64,000 nucleotides of DNA from Cycas panzhihuaensis (lineage: Eukaryota; Plantae; Cycadophyta): NCBI GenBank assembly GCA_023213395.1, contig CM041465.1:105717741-105781740 (forward strand), read 5' to 3'. How positions within the stretch are numbered: the first letter of the stretch is position 1; each line of letters opens with the position of its first letter. The notes beneath the pieces are model-generated. The model had not been told where the DNA came from. It worked only from the letters and a program-made list of their open reading frames with translations, and searched no databases. The position numbers and the translations under genes are program-made. Positions 1-14,399 of the stretch are shown piece by piece.

Positions 1-751
1 AGAAAGAGGTTTCATTGTCCATAATAAGGGCATCTGGAATCCCGAAATGGCAAACAATGTGCTGGTAGACGAAGGTGGCTATCGTCTTGCTAGGCGTAGT
101 GGACAGGAGGATTGCCTCTGCCCATTTGGTGAAATACTTGGTGGCAGTCAAGATGTATTTATGTTACATAAAAGAAGGTGACGATATAGCACCAATGAGG
201 TCTAAACCCCATTGAGAAAAAGACCACAGAGATATGATAGGGTGCAAGGCCTTAGAAGGTACATGAGAGATATTGGCGTGCTCTTGGCATCGCCGACATC
301 TAAGGGCATAGGCGTGAGTGTCCTTGAAAAGGGACGGCCAGTAATAACCCATGCAGAAGATGCTTTGGGCCATAGATTGGCCCCTAAAATAGCCCCCACA
401 AATGTCATGATAGCATTCGCAGAGTATTTGGTCTACTTCGTCGGAAGCGACGCAGCGAAGCAGGATCCCATCGAAGGATCTCTTGTATAACACTTCGTCC
501 ACGAGGAGGTGTTGTCTCGCAGTGGCGCGGATACGTGACCTAACTTTGTTGCTGGCTTCAAGGCGATATTCCTGTTGAGTCAAATATCGCATAATGTCAC
601 CATGCCACTCACTATCAGCGAGCGGATGAGGAGAAGCACCTTGGACAGTTAGAATAGACTTATTGGGGAAAGAGTCATCAATGGGAACACCGCTCACATT
701 GGGAATGACAGCATCGACTAACTGTTCTGCCACTATCATTCCCTTCTTCAA
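1..751 (-). pseudogene. pol: Integrase N-terminal/core region (zinc-binding and catalytic core start)
   Basis: ORF 164-751: LYKRSFDGILLRCV, CYHDICGG, GYYWPSLFKD, CRRCQ, WGLDLIG; continues past a stop (YFTKWAEA). Confidence 0.9.
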
Positions 752-781
752 CTTCCTATTAATGACTTACAAATTGAATTC

Positions 782-1330
782 TTAAAGTAGGATGGCCCAA
801 CGACCTGCCCTACCTATCAAGTCTGAACGAGTAAGCAAATAACATAAGGGATCGGATTGGACGATCACCTTGGTAGTATTGTCGAGCAAGTAATGCCTGA
901 ACTTCTTGGTCGCATGGACCAAGGAGAGGCATTCCTTCTTGGCGGGAAGATAGTTTAGCTCAACAGCCATGAGGGTGTGGCTGATGAAATAGATTACCCT
1001 CTCGATTCCCGAATCATCCTCCTATGCAAGCATTGCACCCAGGGATTCATCGATTACTGAGGTGTACAAGATGAAGGGCCTATCGAAGCGAGGAGGTGCC
1101 AACGTAGGAGCAGAAATGAGAGTTTCCTTGAGTCCTGCAAAGGCTTGTTGGGTCTTGTCAGACCAAACAAATGGGGCTCCTTTCCCCAATAGGTTGGTAA
1201 GGGGTTTGGCATTTATGACAAAGTCTGCCAAAAAATGCCTAAGGAAGCCGAGCCTACCTAGAAATAACTTAATCTGTCATTGGGTTCTAGGAGGCAGCAT
1301 GTCAAGGATTGCCTTGACTTTTTCTAGATT
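782..1330 (-). pseudogene. pol: RNase H / RT connection domain
   Basis: ORFs 1022-1231 (LISAPTLAPP, PFILYTS, SLGAML) and 782-970 (KKECLSLVHATKKFRHYL, RWAILL). Confidence 0.88.
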
Positions 1331-1342
1331 GATTTAGATTCC

Positions 1343-2263
1343 TTACTGTGACATAAGGAAACCTAAGAGTTTACCTGAAGTAACAGTAAACATGCATTTA
1401 AGTGGGTTTAAACTGACGTGATACTTGTGGCATCGTATGAAGATGGCCCGCAAGTCACAGGGATGATGGGCTCTGGTATGCAAAAGACCCATCATGTCAT
1501 CCATGAAGACCTCCAACATGTTGTTGATGAGGTCATGAAAAATGAAATACATGGCTCTCTGATAGGCAGCCCCTGCATTCTTAAGACCAAAGGGCATTAC
1601 CTTGTAGGCAAAGGTACCCCATGGTGTGGTGAAGGTTGTCTTGTGGCGGTCTTTAGGAGATATCTGGATTTGGTTATAGTCGGAGAAGCCGTCCATTAAG
1701 GACATGACTTCGAATCGAGTCGTACGATCGATTATTTGATCGATAAAGGGGAGAGGAAAGTTGTTCTTAGGACAAGCATTATTAATGTCACAGAAGTTGA
1801 CACATATACGAATGGTCCCGTTCTTCTTGTCAATGAGAATGATGTTCGATACCCACTTGGGGTAATCAATGGAAGAGATGAGTCCTACATACAAAAGCTT
1901 TTCAACCTCCATCTTGACGGTGGCTAAAAGTTTGAGATAGAGAGGACGCTGCCTCTGGCGCACAGGGTGAGCATCAGGAACAGTCGTAAGGTTGTGCGTG
2001 ACGATGGAGGGGTCGATTCCCTTCATGTCAGAGTAGTCCCACGCGAACACATCACAGAATTCTTGGAATAGGAGGGAGTATTCCCTCACTTCATCATGAG
2101 TATATTCCACCTCTACCTTAATGATCTTGCCCAGGGCGAGGACTATGTCCTGAGTTTCCCCCATACACATAGCATTCCCCTCCTCGAAATGGAGGGTGGC
2201 AAGATCAACAGGCAGAGATGAAACGAAGGATGGGATCGAGTCGGCTAATGTGGACCTAATCAC
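1343..2263 (-). pseudogene. pol: Reverse transcriptase
   Basis: ORF 1343-2263 with RICVNFCDINNACPK, SLMDGFSDYNQI, TTFTTPWG, FMDDM, LNPLKC. Confidence 0.95.
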
Positions 2264-3049
2264 TAAGATCTTCTAGTGGCCAAGCTTATGGTGACCAGAA
2301 GGTAAATTGGGTGTGGAGCCCACTAAGTGCTCCAACAAAGCCTCGTCATCCTCGAAGTAGTCCACCCCATTGATGACCTGACTTCGAATGGATGAGGTAT
2401 GAGATGGCATGGGAGCGATATGACCAGTATGACCTGTAAGCTGCCCAACATCCCTAAGGGACTCTAAGGGAGAGTCAAGGAGATATCCCTTCTAAAAAGT
2501 AAGAGGGAAACTCTCAACGCCATCACTTGTGGAAGGTGATGGATAGGGAGAACTAGGAATCTGCTGGTCAACTCTAGTAATGGTCTACGATACGGGAGAG
2601 TGATTGGGCTTTCTGACAAAAGGGTCCTAGGTGGAGACCTAGAATGAGAAGAGTGCCCCCCACCAGCGCGAAGGAAGGAAATCGAGTGAGGAAGGTCCTC
2701 ATCCTCACTGTGGGACCCGTCATCGCCAAACATGGCAAGGTATCCATAGCTTCCGACACCGATGGGGGTGAAATGAGTCAAATCAGAAGAAGAAGATGCA
2801 GGATCTTCTTCATGGTAAGAGGGATCAGGGATACTAATTGAGTAGGCTGAGGCATGATTAGAAGGGCCTTTACTTCCCTTCGTATGGCCATGGCTCACCT
2901 GGGTAGAAGGTCTAGTTTGTTTTGCGAGTGGTCACTCGTGAGAGACAACTCTCATTTGTCCGTTATGGACAAACTTAAGTTGCCTCCAACGGGTGGAACA
3001 CACGGCTCCCATTTGGTCAAGCCATGGTTGACCTAGGAGGAGGTTGTAA

Positions 3050-3330
3050 TCAACATCCACACGAGGACAACGATGTCGATAAGGACAATCTTATCCTCGA
3101 GGGTAAGAGGTATCGAGACAGATCCCAGAGGAGTCTTCTCGCTACCATCGTAACCCTGACATCACCATGGAATAAGTTCCAAGGCAGAAATGCCAAGCTC
3201 TTGCATGACGCGCAAGGGCATGGCATTGACAGAAGAACCATTGTCTACGACAATTCCTCGCAATGTGTAATCGGGAGTATCTATGGTAATCGTGAAAGAG
3301 AAGTTCCATTGGCGTTCCCTTCCACTGGCT
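3050..3330 (-). pseudogene. pol: Aspartic protease domain
   Basis: IVVDNGSSVNAMP motif in ORF 3162-3491. Confidence 0.8.
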
Positions 3331-3999
3331 AGGGGAAGATCTCTAAGATCAAAGGAGATGATGGGTTCACAACTTTGGGTTATACCCAAAGCATGAACAG
3401 GCGCATCATTTGATCCTAAAGCTTCCAAGAGGAGCATTTGTTGCTTAGAGCAGCTTCTCAAGACGTCCATGATGGACATCCCGGTAGCCACAGTAAGAAG
3501 CTCTTCAACAACAGAAAAAGGCTTACCCCGCCCTGTGGGTTGGGTAAGGGCTCTCTTAAAGTCAAAGCGACTCGGGCAGACAGGAATGCTCTTGGGAAGC
3601 GCAGGAATCTCCAGAGGAATGGCTTCCGGAGGAGGATCAAGAGGAGATGTAGATGCAGAGGCACCAGTTGTCTCTTTCGCGACTTAAGACCGAGTTAAGG
3701 TATAAAGGGGAGTGGTCTCAAGTATCTGGATCATCTTCTTTCCCTTGTTACGGGATCGTGAAGGTGAAGGAGTATGATGGTCAAGGGAGCACGAAGAGGA
3801 TGATGAACCTCGCATACCCTTCCCTCTACCATGCGAAGGGCAAGAATTGGGGGATCTATCCCGATTCTGATTGTTTCTTTGTTGGGTGTTGCGATCACAC
3901 TCCCCATATTTGGGGAATGGATCTCTATGAACGGGTTGATCGAGATAGGGTCTTGATTCCCGTCTAGGAGACGAATCACGCGATGGGGCATCACATGGG

Positions 4000-6021
4000 T
4001 GTTACGCCCAATAATGTGAGTCATCGTAAAAACATTCCCCATGGATGGAGCACCACCTCTTCTCAAGGGGAGGATCGGCTCTCCTCGCCTGAGAAGGCTG
4101 GGTACTACCCCCTTTGGGGGGAACGGCATAAGAGGCTTGTTGAATTGGTTTGTGGGAGGTTAGTGATGAAGGGGTTTGGAGTTTAAGCTCCTTCATCATA
4201 CACTCGAATGAGCATATAGCAGAAGTAAGGGGGTCTAAAGTCCTCTCAGTAGGATGAGAGGTAGACCTGGCAGGTTGCGAAGGTTTGGTTTCCTTGGATG
4301 GGGGAGGTGCCTTATGACGTTGTGAGGGCTTAAGAGGCCTCTTGAGTCTGGCTTAGATCTCAATAGCCTCCAACACTAAGCACTTCGCGATCGCAGAGTT
4401 GCACGTGGTTACCCCCATTTTGAGGACTTCCACATACACTTCGGGGCGAAGTGCATTAACGAATAGATCTCGCTTCAACTCCTCAGGCAATATGGCCTTA
4501 GTGGAGTGAAGGAGATCATGGAATCGCCTCACAAAGTCATGATTCATTTCATCATGACCTTGTTTAAGCGAAAGGAGCAATTTCATTTTGCTCTCGAATG
4601 CACGGGCTACGTCAAAGTAATTGACAAATTCATCCACCGATTACTGGAATGAAGAAATAGAGTGGGCAGGGAGACGGTAGAACCATTTAAGGGCGTTGCC
4701 CTGCAAGGATTGCAGAAATGGCTTCATTAGGATGTGGTCGTAAGCCCAATAGTCTATGCACGCCATAGAGAAACTACGCACGTGCTCAACTAGGTCTTAC
4801 GACGAAGTTCCATCGAATTTAGGAACTTCAGGAAGGTGAGGCAGCAGATTAGTTCTTAACGCCTCAACGGATAGTGACGTCGACCTATAGTCCATGAAGG
4901 GACATGCTCTTACATAGGCCAAAGGATCAACAAATGGCAAAGAGACAGGAATGGATGGGGGTGGTAAACCCATCCCTCTTTAGGGAAATACCCCTTGTTA
5001 GAAGGAGGTTTGAGGATAAATGCCTTGGAAGGGAGGTACATTCCCTTACGAAGGCATGGCGAAAGGAATCGCGCTGGAAGACGGGAAAGAAGGGTGCAGG
5101 ACCGGATTTTGCCCATATAGGCCACTCGTAGGTGGTGCAACCCCATATAGGTGTAATGGATCCACCCCATAAGCTAGAAGATGGTTTCCCCTACCCTACC
5201 CCCAAGGTTAAGATGCATAACCCAGGGGCAAATAAAAGGAAGGACCACTGGATGGGTTTTGAATATAAGTGGGAGCAGGTCCCACATAGTTAGTAGTAGT
5301 AGCACTAGTAGGACCTCTAGGCCTACTAGGAAACGCATGCGCCACGTTTGAAGGTGGCGCATTCGTTTGACTTGGGAATGGCATGCTAACCCCAAGTTGG
5401 GGAAAGGACATGCCGTGAATGGGTCCTGAAGAAGCAAGACCATGGCTAGGAATAGATGGTACAACACTTGTCCTAGAAGCAGGTGTGGACACGCCATTGT
5501 GCATGGGCGGAAGGGTCATTTGTCGTAGGAGGCACATGTGCAGATGAAGAAGGCGCCCTACTGTGCAAGGCTTCTTCAAACCACCTGGGACGTGGTTCAA
5601 GGTGAATTGCTCGAAAGTACTTGCTAATCGCTTCAACCACATCGGTAGGAGGGGTATCCTCGTAGCCATACGAGGTCGATGGGACCTCAAATGTTGGGGA
5701 CCCCTCAGGGCACTCCTCATAAGACTCACCAATCAGATGGTGAGTCTCGTGAAGAGGCGAGCCTTCTGCTACATGAGTAGAAGGATGAAGATTGGAAGGG
5801 TAAAGTTGGTTACCCAGATAATAGATGGGATCGTCACCCTCGTGGGTGGATCCCAGAATAGATGCGGGAAACTCTTGAGTTCCCAAGACTAAGGTATGGT
5901 AGGCCCAATCAGAATGGTAACCTTCCATTATCGAACCAGAATCTGACGATGGAAGGGAACAATACGATGGGTCTTCTAACAATGTTGGCAGACCTCGCAA
6001 GCAACGCCAGAAACGTCGCAT
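4000..6021 (-). pseudogene. gag: gag region with long Pro/Ser-rich N-terminal part
   Basis: ORF 4353-4637 (LLSLKQGHDEMNHDFVRRF, FVNALRP) fits the retrotransposon gag capsid domain; upstream ORFs 5208-5732 and 5473-6021 are Pro/Ser-rich. Confidence 0.75.
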
Positions 6022-6171
6022 GCAACGCCTTTACGAACGTTGTAAGAAGAAAGTAAAAGGTATGAAATAAGCACGTTGGGGGCTACCCAACTAAAAAACA
6101 AGACAAGAAAGCTGCCTAAAAGCAAGAACACCAATAGGAAAGGGAAACGAGACTAGTTCCCTTACTGGCAA

Positions 6172-6189
6172 TCCCCGGTATGGTCGCCA
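6172..6189 (-). other. Primer-binding site, tRNA-Arg-like (TGGCGACCATACCGGGGA)
   Basis: Starts with TGG directly after the LTR end. TGGCGAC is the Arg-type PBS start typical of Tat/Ogre elements. Confidence 0.75.
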
Positions 6190-8782
6190 GTAAAACGCTA
6201 CCCGCGGGGTGGTTCCTACGTTTAGTAAGAAATGAGTTAGGTCAATGGCAAGGACTCACTTCGTAGGGCATCCGTGCGCCAGAGCATAGATTTGGGACCT
6301 ACAGAGGTCCCTGGTTGCTTCTAGGTAGTTACAAAAAGTAAGGCCTTCCTACCCCTCGAATGGTTGGGAAGAGGAGGAAAGGGCCTAGCAGGTTACGTCT
6401 TCTCAAGGAGGTGAGAAGGCAACATGTGCAGGAGATGTGTGTGTAATGTAGTGTCTATGTGTAGGCTGGTCAAGAGAACAAGGTGCGAGTAGCTCTAACT
6501 TGAAAAGAACTATCTAAGTGTAATAGATTAACTGCTAAATAAAAGATACGTAAAGTGCAAGTATGCGTTCTTTTCTTCGTTTCAGTTTCCTATGTGTTTC
6601 TTAACATGCATGCATATGTATAAGGAACAATGCTATAAGGAAAAGACACAAAGAGAAGAGGAATACCTATACCGGAGTCTGAACGGAGCGTTACGCGTCT
6701 CATTGCCTCCCGTGCCTTCCTGCTCCACTTATTGCATATGCAAAACCGATCGGCAATGGTTGCCGTGAATAGCCAAAGAGGGGCTAGCTTACCTCCCCAA
6801 TGTATGCAAAAAGCGAGAAGCAAATGATGGAAAATGACAGAAAAATAACAAATACGAAACTAACATGTAAATGGGCTTATTTCATGCGCAACTCCACAAA
6901 CGCGAGATCCTGTTAATCAAATAAACAGGTTTCTCCCTCTCAGAAGAGGGGCCACAAGATAGATCTAATATATATATCTAAACTTAGAAGAAATAGAATC
7001 AAACTAAGTTAAGCATGTGCATATTATTTAATGAAACAACTCCAACAAGATTTCCGCAAACAGTCACTTCAACCGACATCCAAAACAAGAGAGTAGCCTC
7101 GGAATGGCTAACTCACCTACGGATAGTCTCCACTTGGCCTCGGGAAAGGAAAATGGACTTACATCAATAACATAGGGTAGCAAACAACAGGAAGGAAAAA
7201 GTAACGGGATGGTATGCAGGCACACCCAAAGGACGAGGTGCTACGAGTAGCAAATCATCCAAGTGGATGGGTTGCAAGTTGTAAGCCAACGAAAAGTGGT
7301 TTTAGGGCTTATGAGGTGCTCAAAACCAGCGAATAGGGGGCTGGAACCAGCATGGAAAGGGGCTACCAATGCTGGTTCAGACTTGAGAAATGGGTTCCCG
7401 AGTCTCTGGCCAAACTCTAAGGGAGGCAATAAGTGCAGGGGGAAAGGAAATAAGGGTTTAGACCCTTGGAGAGAAGGTTTGCAAGGGGGACTGGCCCCGC
7501 CTTTCTCCCTCAAATTTCCTTTATGTCACCCCCTCTACACAGCCACCTTAAGGCAGGCTTGCAAGACTGTAAGGGAAAGCACTACACTCTCAAATCTAAA
7601 GATTTAGTGCTAAACTAGATAGAGAACCAAGAAAGTAAATGGAACAAATATTTATTCATAAAAATAGTAGGAAAATAGCATGAATTACAAAGTAAACAAG
7701 TAGAGTACCTTGTAGTGAAGAGAAGGAGTATGTATCTACTAGAAAATAGCAGAAAAACCCAGCACTTAGCAAGGTTTTATGGCAGGTTTTAAGGAGGAGA
7801 CCAATGTGAGAGAAATCCTTGTGATTTGGGACCCTTTGGAACATGTTCTTTGGAAAACCTTGAGAAGTATCCTTCTTGCAACTTTATGGACCTGCAAAAA
7901 GATGTTTGAGCCTATTGGTCCTGAGCATGAGAGACAGCAATGGTCTCTGTATGAAGAGCAGCAGCTGAAAGTCTCTGTTCTACAGTAGTTTCTATGAAGG
8001 ATTCGTAGAGTTGCATGTAAAAATGAGCTAAGAAGATTGGAAAATGAAGAAGTCCTTTAGTTTTATTCCCTGCAGACCCTTAGTGACTGTTGAGGGTCTT
8101 AGGGAAGTTGAAACGCGTGGGCGCCATGTGGCAGTTCCACGGAAAGAGCGGGAACTGCCGCGTGATTTTAAAAAAGTTTTTTAAACAATATATCACAGAA
8201 ACTTCGCAGCACTACCAAGAAGATCGTGGTACCACTAAGTTTACAGTGGTACGAGCCTGGAAACAAAATTAAGGCCAAAACAGGGGTTTGGAGCTAAATA
8301 AGGAGCAAATCAAGGCTGGAAACAGCTAGGAGCTAGCACTCAGGTGGCTGACAAGTGGCCAGGAAGGAGAATCGGGTCTCAACCAAGGATTCAATCATAC
8401 TTGGGAGAAATCGAAACATGAGCAAGGCATCGTCAAAAGACGAAACACGACTGGATAGGGCGTCCTGAGGGGCTATGGAGATGACACGGGTGGCTATGTG
8501 CCATATGGGGTGTAGCATTCGCTGAAGAATGCCCCCATTGTGAGTTGTCATAGGCTGAAAGGCATGTGGTAAGCACATGCAGTGTGATCAAGCAAGAAGA
8601 CAATGCAATCATACAAATGGCAAGCAAGCATGTGTCAGGCAATCTACACTAAACAACCTCGGTCAAACAAGAGCTGAGAGAAGCGAGAACATATACCTGA
8701 GCTTACCTAAGTCGATGCATCTCGAGTCCATTCCTGGTAGCCAGGAAACACCATGTTATGCCTTTACACCCTAGGTCTTACA
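6190..8782 (-). repeat. 5' LTR (~2.6 kb) of the Tat/Athila-type element
   Basis: On the minus strand it starts TGTAAGAC (8782) and ends GTTTTAC next to the PBS (terminal inverted repeat, final A missing). The partner LTR is outside the window, so the distal boundary is unconfirmed. Confidence 0.6.
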
Positions 8783-8829
8783 TATAGACTTAAAGGTGTA
8801 ACAATCTTATCCTATCAACGTCTTAGCAC

Positions 8830-11800
8830 GTTTCAAGTACTAGTAAATTTGGGGTCCCGATCACATACTACTATAGAAGAGAAACCATGGATACAGAAAA
8901 TGGATCGAATATAGATATCCGCTAGGCAAGGGGATTTGTATGAGGCATGGATAGTTAGGAAATGAGCATACTTTGTGAGTCTATTGATAACCACCCATAT
9001 GGAATCAAATCCCACAAATATTGGTAATTCAATAATAAAATCCATGGTAATATCTTAACTATTTACTATGTGGTATATACAAGGGCTAAAGGGGACCAGG
9101 TTAGGCCTTTGTTTTAACCTTGTTCCTTTGGTAAACATTGCATTTAGAGATAAATAAGAGGATTAAGGCTTTCATATTTGGCTAATAGAAATATTATTAA
9201 ATATGATGATGGGTTTTATCAAGTCTTGAATGACTGTTAAGGGGAGTGAAATGGTATTCAGATAGAATTCTTGGGATTAATGATGATGGGGCTAGACAAA
9301 TTTATAATTTTGATATAATAACAAGGAGTTTTGTAAAGACCAGTCTTTTTGGGAGTGGACCTTAGATGTCCATTTATTAAAATTTAGTTGTGTGTTATTT
9401 GCAATTATTAGAACTATTAACCTTAATGGTTTAGGTATGGAGATTATATGGATGACTAGTTCAATGAGAGGAGCCTCTATTGGAAGATGAGAGAGTATCA
9501 ACAATAATATTCTCTTTTTCCTTCTTATATAAGATTTCAAAATCAAAGACTTGTAGATGATTAATCCATTTTTGCTTACTCTTGATAGAGGTTTTGTTAG
9601 TCAAGCAGGAGGCAAAAGCTATTGTGGTCAGTCAAGATATTGAATTTGGCCCAAAAGATATTGATTCCACTTATGGAATATGTGTAAGACAACTTTTATT
9701 TCTTTATGATATATGGATAAGAAACATCCATGATCTTTAAATTTCCTACTTTCAAATGCTATGGGATAAAAATCTTACATAAAAATGACACCTAAACTAG
9801 AACCTAAGAGAAGCCCAAATAGGGGAACAAGTCATGATAGCCTTAAGGTTGTCAAAGGCTAGATCTACCTCTAGAGACCATAGAAAGGCATATTTTTAGA
9901 GTAAGTTTGTTAGTGGGGTGGCAATAGAGACATAGTTTTAGATAAATTAGTAATAGAACCTTGTGAGACCAAAGAAAGATCTAAGTTAGATTTTGGCCAG
10001 GTGGTGATGACAAAAATTTTATTTGGGTTAACTCAGACTCCATCTAACGAAATGATATGGCCCAAATAATAAAGCTTAATTTTTCCAAATTCACATTTGG
10101 ATAACTTTGGCATAGAGCTTATGATGATTAAGGATCTAAAGAATGGTCTCTAAATGTTAAAGGGGAGTATGTAAATTTAGTCTATATACTAAGATGTTGT
10201 CAAAAAAATAATGATAAATTTCTGAAGATATGATGCAAAGACTTTATGCATCAAGGTGTAAACTATTACTAGAGTATTATAAAGACCAAAAGGTATTACT
10301 TAAAATTTGAAGTACCCATGATATATGTGAAAAGCAAATTTAAGATGATCTTCTTGGGTTATAGGAATTTGTTAGTACCCAGATTGAAGGTATAGCTTGG
10401 GAAAATTTATGGCCGTATATATCTTATCAAGTACATCATTAATTTGAGGTGTAGGAAATTTATTCTTGATCATGATCTTATTAAGTTCATGATAATCAAC
10501 ACAGAGGAAGAAAGCCCCATCTTTTTTCCTAACTAGGCTAATAGGTGTAACATAGGGGCTTTTGTTGGGCAAGACGATGCCTATGTCCATCAACTTGTTT
10601 GTGATTTTCTCAATTTTATTCTTTGAAAATATAAATTGTTATATGGGCAAAGGTTGATGAAGTAATGAGGGGTTTTTAAGTTGATGGAATGGTAGAAACC
10701 ATGATCTTGGGGGAGAGGGAGTTTGTGAGATGTAGAGCAAATATGGATTGGTATTTATGGAGAAGGTTATGGATATGTGGTTGAATGTTACCATCAAGTT
10801 AGATATTATTGATTCAAATAATAAATTGACACTATTGTTTAAAGTTTTGTATATTTACTTAGGAGTTATGACTCGATTAGGAGGGGTGGAATTAGATGCT
10901 ATATAGTTTATATATTTGACCCATGTGGTCTTTGAATAAAATAAAAGGATTATTAGGGAAGTTGTTCATATTGTATGTTTTCAGACTTTGGAGCCATTAG
11001 ACTCTAAGAATGGCATTAGAACCTTCTATTGATAGGGCATAAAAAACTAAAGTGAGTCGATAAGTGTCAATTTAGTCCTAAAGGTTTTAATTATTCTAGC
11101 ATAATGTAATGTCTTATGGCCAAGTAAAGAATAAGTAAATCTAGTTTTGTGGAAAATATAAAGGTTTAATTAATGAGCTATGCAGATATCAATGAAATCT
11201 AAATATGTACCACCATCAATCAATATTGAAATGGGTGTTTTTTGAAGGTTTCCTTTCACTTGAAGTGGTTATAGTTAGAAAGTAGAGGAAACAACAAACA
11301 GGGAGATTTTATTGTGGGGGTTGAGTGGTGATAAATTTTATAGGGGCTTATCATCTTACATAGCCTTTTCTTCAATTTCATAATCATCTACTAGGTTTAA
11401 GTTAATTGTGAAAATCATTAGCCTTACCTTGCACACCTTAGTATAGTCTAAGGTCTATTTTTATGAATATTTGACACATAGGCCAGTCTTTCACTGATAA
11501 TTTGCTTCTATAGATGGATGTGAAAAAGTCCTACAATTAATCCTGCTTGAGGGCATTAAGTTTCTTATGATCAAGGGTGATGTTACTACTAATCTAGAAA
11601 ACAATGACATTGAGACTAATTAGACTCTTGCCTAAAGGTGCGGGCACATTCTATTACAAACCCCTTTTCAACTACTTTAGCAGTAGATATGATGTCCTTT
11701 AAGGACTAAAAGGTGCTAACTTCTAAGTGCATCTAGATGTGCTCCTTAAGCCCTGAAATATAAACATCAACTAGGGTATGTTGATCAAGATACTAGGTGA

Positions 11801-12450
11801 CTCAATTTTGGAGTGCTTAGAACTCATTGGTATATGCTTCTATTGATGTGATTTATTTCAATCTGGTGAGTTGACTGAAGAAAGAATTGTTCTATGTATC
11901 AACATATTATTTAAAGAATCCTTTAAAAAATAAGTACCATGTCTAGCTTCCTAGGTTCTCTCTTTGCCACCATTAAAACTAATGATATGCCTTCCCATAT
12001 AAATAGATCAATGCAAATGTCAATTATTCTATTAGTGGCATGGGATTTAAGAAGAAGTATGATTCCAACTTACTAATCTAGCTTCTGGTAGAATCCCTAT
12101 TAAGATTTGGATCAAACATTAGTACTATGATCTTATGATGGATTAGATGTTGTTGAAGTGGAGGTATGGGTCCCACATTATTAGAAGTAGGTTGGGTTGG
12201 TGTACGGGTGCAAGAGGTGCATGGGCCCATATTTTAATGGTCAAGAGTATACTATCTAATTTTTTATAGAGACTATCTTGGAGAATTTAGTTGGAGTCTT
12301 AAATTTCTTACTTTAATTCTTGTGACTTCGTTGGAGAGTCCAAACTGAACTCTATTGCTAAGGGGCTCTAGTCTAGTTAACAAACTTTTAATATGAGTTT
12401 CTAAGGTTTTGATGCACTCTGCCTATGTGGATGCCATGGGAGTTGAATCC
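8830..12450 (-). mobile_element. Heavily decayed Ty3/Gypsy chromovirus-type internal region (gag-PR-RT-RH-partial INT)
   Basis: ORF 8833-9045 (MDFIIELP, RLTKYAHF, CDRDPKFTS) is integrase; ORF 10372-10593 (LVRKKDG, CVDYHELNK, LQSGY) is RT; PR and gag remnants lie further right. No LTRs identified. Confidence 0.8.
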
Positions 12451-14399
12451 AGAGTTGAATAAAAGAAAAAAGGGTTATTGAGAAGTGGGATAGCTTAGAA
12501 GAATGGTACTTTAAGAAGAGGGAAAGAGATAAAAGGAATGAGTTATATAAAAATGAGAGATTATGTAAATAAGGAGGAGAAAAGAGGAGAGGAAATATCT
12601 ATAGCCTGTTGGCCCTCCAAAAATGACAAATAATATCATGTAGTACATTTAGATGAGTGTGAAGAGCTCATTGAAATCAAGTGCGTAAGGTTTAAGGGTA
12701 ATTGTTTTTATAGCAAGACCCATAGGGGATCTAGGTGTCATTATATCTTAAACCTGACTGTAAAAACTAAATTAGTAGAGATTGATTAGCATGATACACT
12801 AATCAAAATAAGATGTATGAATTTTAATAGAAATATTTTAAGTCATGGACTTTCTTTCTTTTTTTAATTCTAAGTCCAATCATGCAGGTTTTGTCTAAAT
12901 CAAATAAGTATTCAACAAGATGACCCCACAGACTATAGTTTCTTTTTTTTTTTAAGATGCTTAGGGAGGTGGACTAGATTAGCTGAACGAGTAGAATTGG
13001 ATTTACTCTATGAGCAAATTGTAATAGATTAAATATTAACTCTAATATTGGATAAATTATATAAAAGGTTTAGATAGGGACATAATACTTGATTCTAAAT
13101 TATGGAAATCTTAACTTCTTTGATTCTAGGGAGCTGAATTATACAAATTTAATACTTTGATATTGTTGTTTTTAGAAGTAGTATTTGTTTAGACTTGAGG
13201 TCTTATTGTTAAAGTGTCAAGGATTATATTATGTGTGTCTCTCTCTCTCTCTCTTTCCTTTTTTTCAATATAGATAGAAGTATAATAAGCATAAGATTTT
13301 TGTAATGAAAGTTTTTATTATGAAAGTTATACATATGAATAGAGGAAGCCTACTAGACAATAAAAGGATTGTTTAGCTTTATAGGCCCTTCAATAAACTT
13401 CCCTATCAATACAGTTGCTTAGCCTAATATCTCATGGCACTATCTATAGAGGAATGTGCATCCCTATAAGGCCAGCAACCATGAAGGGATGGATATTCAT
13501 AAAGGGTAACTTTTGAGCACTAACTGCTAACCCATGCACCATAGAAGGACAAATGATCAATAAGTTTCCTAATCTAGGTTGGCAAGAGAATCTACAAGGG
13601 TCCTATGATATACTTGAAGATACATGGAGGCCCACTTTTATAGTTAGGTTCTGTTTGAAGCTTGTATGATCATTATTATACCATTTCACTTCATGCACAA
13701 GCATATGGTCATGTATGCTTAACTCAATAGTAATAGATCCCCATGATATTTAAAGACCCCTTATATAGAGTCTCTACCTAACCACTAAGGAAAATAGAGG
13801 GAATAGGTGGGACTCTATTGCCTACTTACAAGTTGACTGACTTAAGATAAAATTAAACATAACCTAATAAGATAGAAATTGTAAAGGAGGGTTTGTAGTG
13901 ATATACTAAGGGAAAAAAAATAAAACCTTCTTCTTTGACTTCTTTCAATTTTGTTTGTTGCTCCTATTAGATTTTGAATTGGGCTCTAATACCCCTTTGA
14001 ACATACTAAACCCCAATGGTTCTTTAACTTCAAGCATAAAAGACAAGAAATATGGTAGCTAAGCTTCAATTTTATTATCAATGGAAACCAAACTGTAACT
14101 TAGATTGTCCGAGAGTACTTTAAGCATAAATAGACACCAATAAGAAATATCGAAGTGTGATTTCTCAAGGAAGAAAACAAGATTCAACAACCATTCTTTT
14201 ATAAAACTTGGCCTTAAATAGGCATACATAACCTCTTTATAACAAATCTCATTGGCAAGAAAAATGGACTCAAATTCTATTGGAGGGCATAAGTAGGGTA
14301 TGCATACAAGTTAATAATTAGCACTAACCCTTTGATGACTAACACTCTAAGTGCTAGCTTAACCTACTCTGCTTGTAAAGGGTGAATATGTAACATCCT

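Larger units (their letters stand above)
1..8782 (-). mobile_element. Ty3/Gypsy non-chromovirus (Tat/Athila-type) LTR retrotransposon, 3' end outside window, decayed
   Basis: Minus-strand order LTR-PBS-gag-PR-RT-RH-INT. RT has DVFAWDYSDMKGIDP, MPFGLKNAGAAYQR and VFMDDM; integrase has FSQWGLDLIG. Several stops and frameshifts. Confidence 0.93.

Noticed and set aside
14094-14395. Possible solo LTR (TGTAAC...TAACA)
   Set aside because: Flanks do not form a TSD and the termini are weak.
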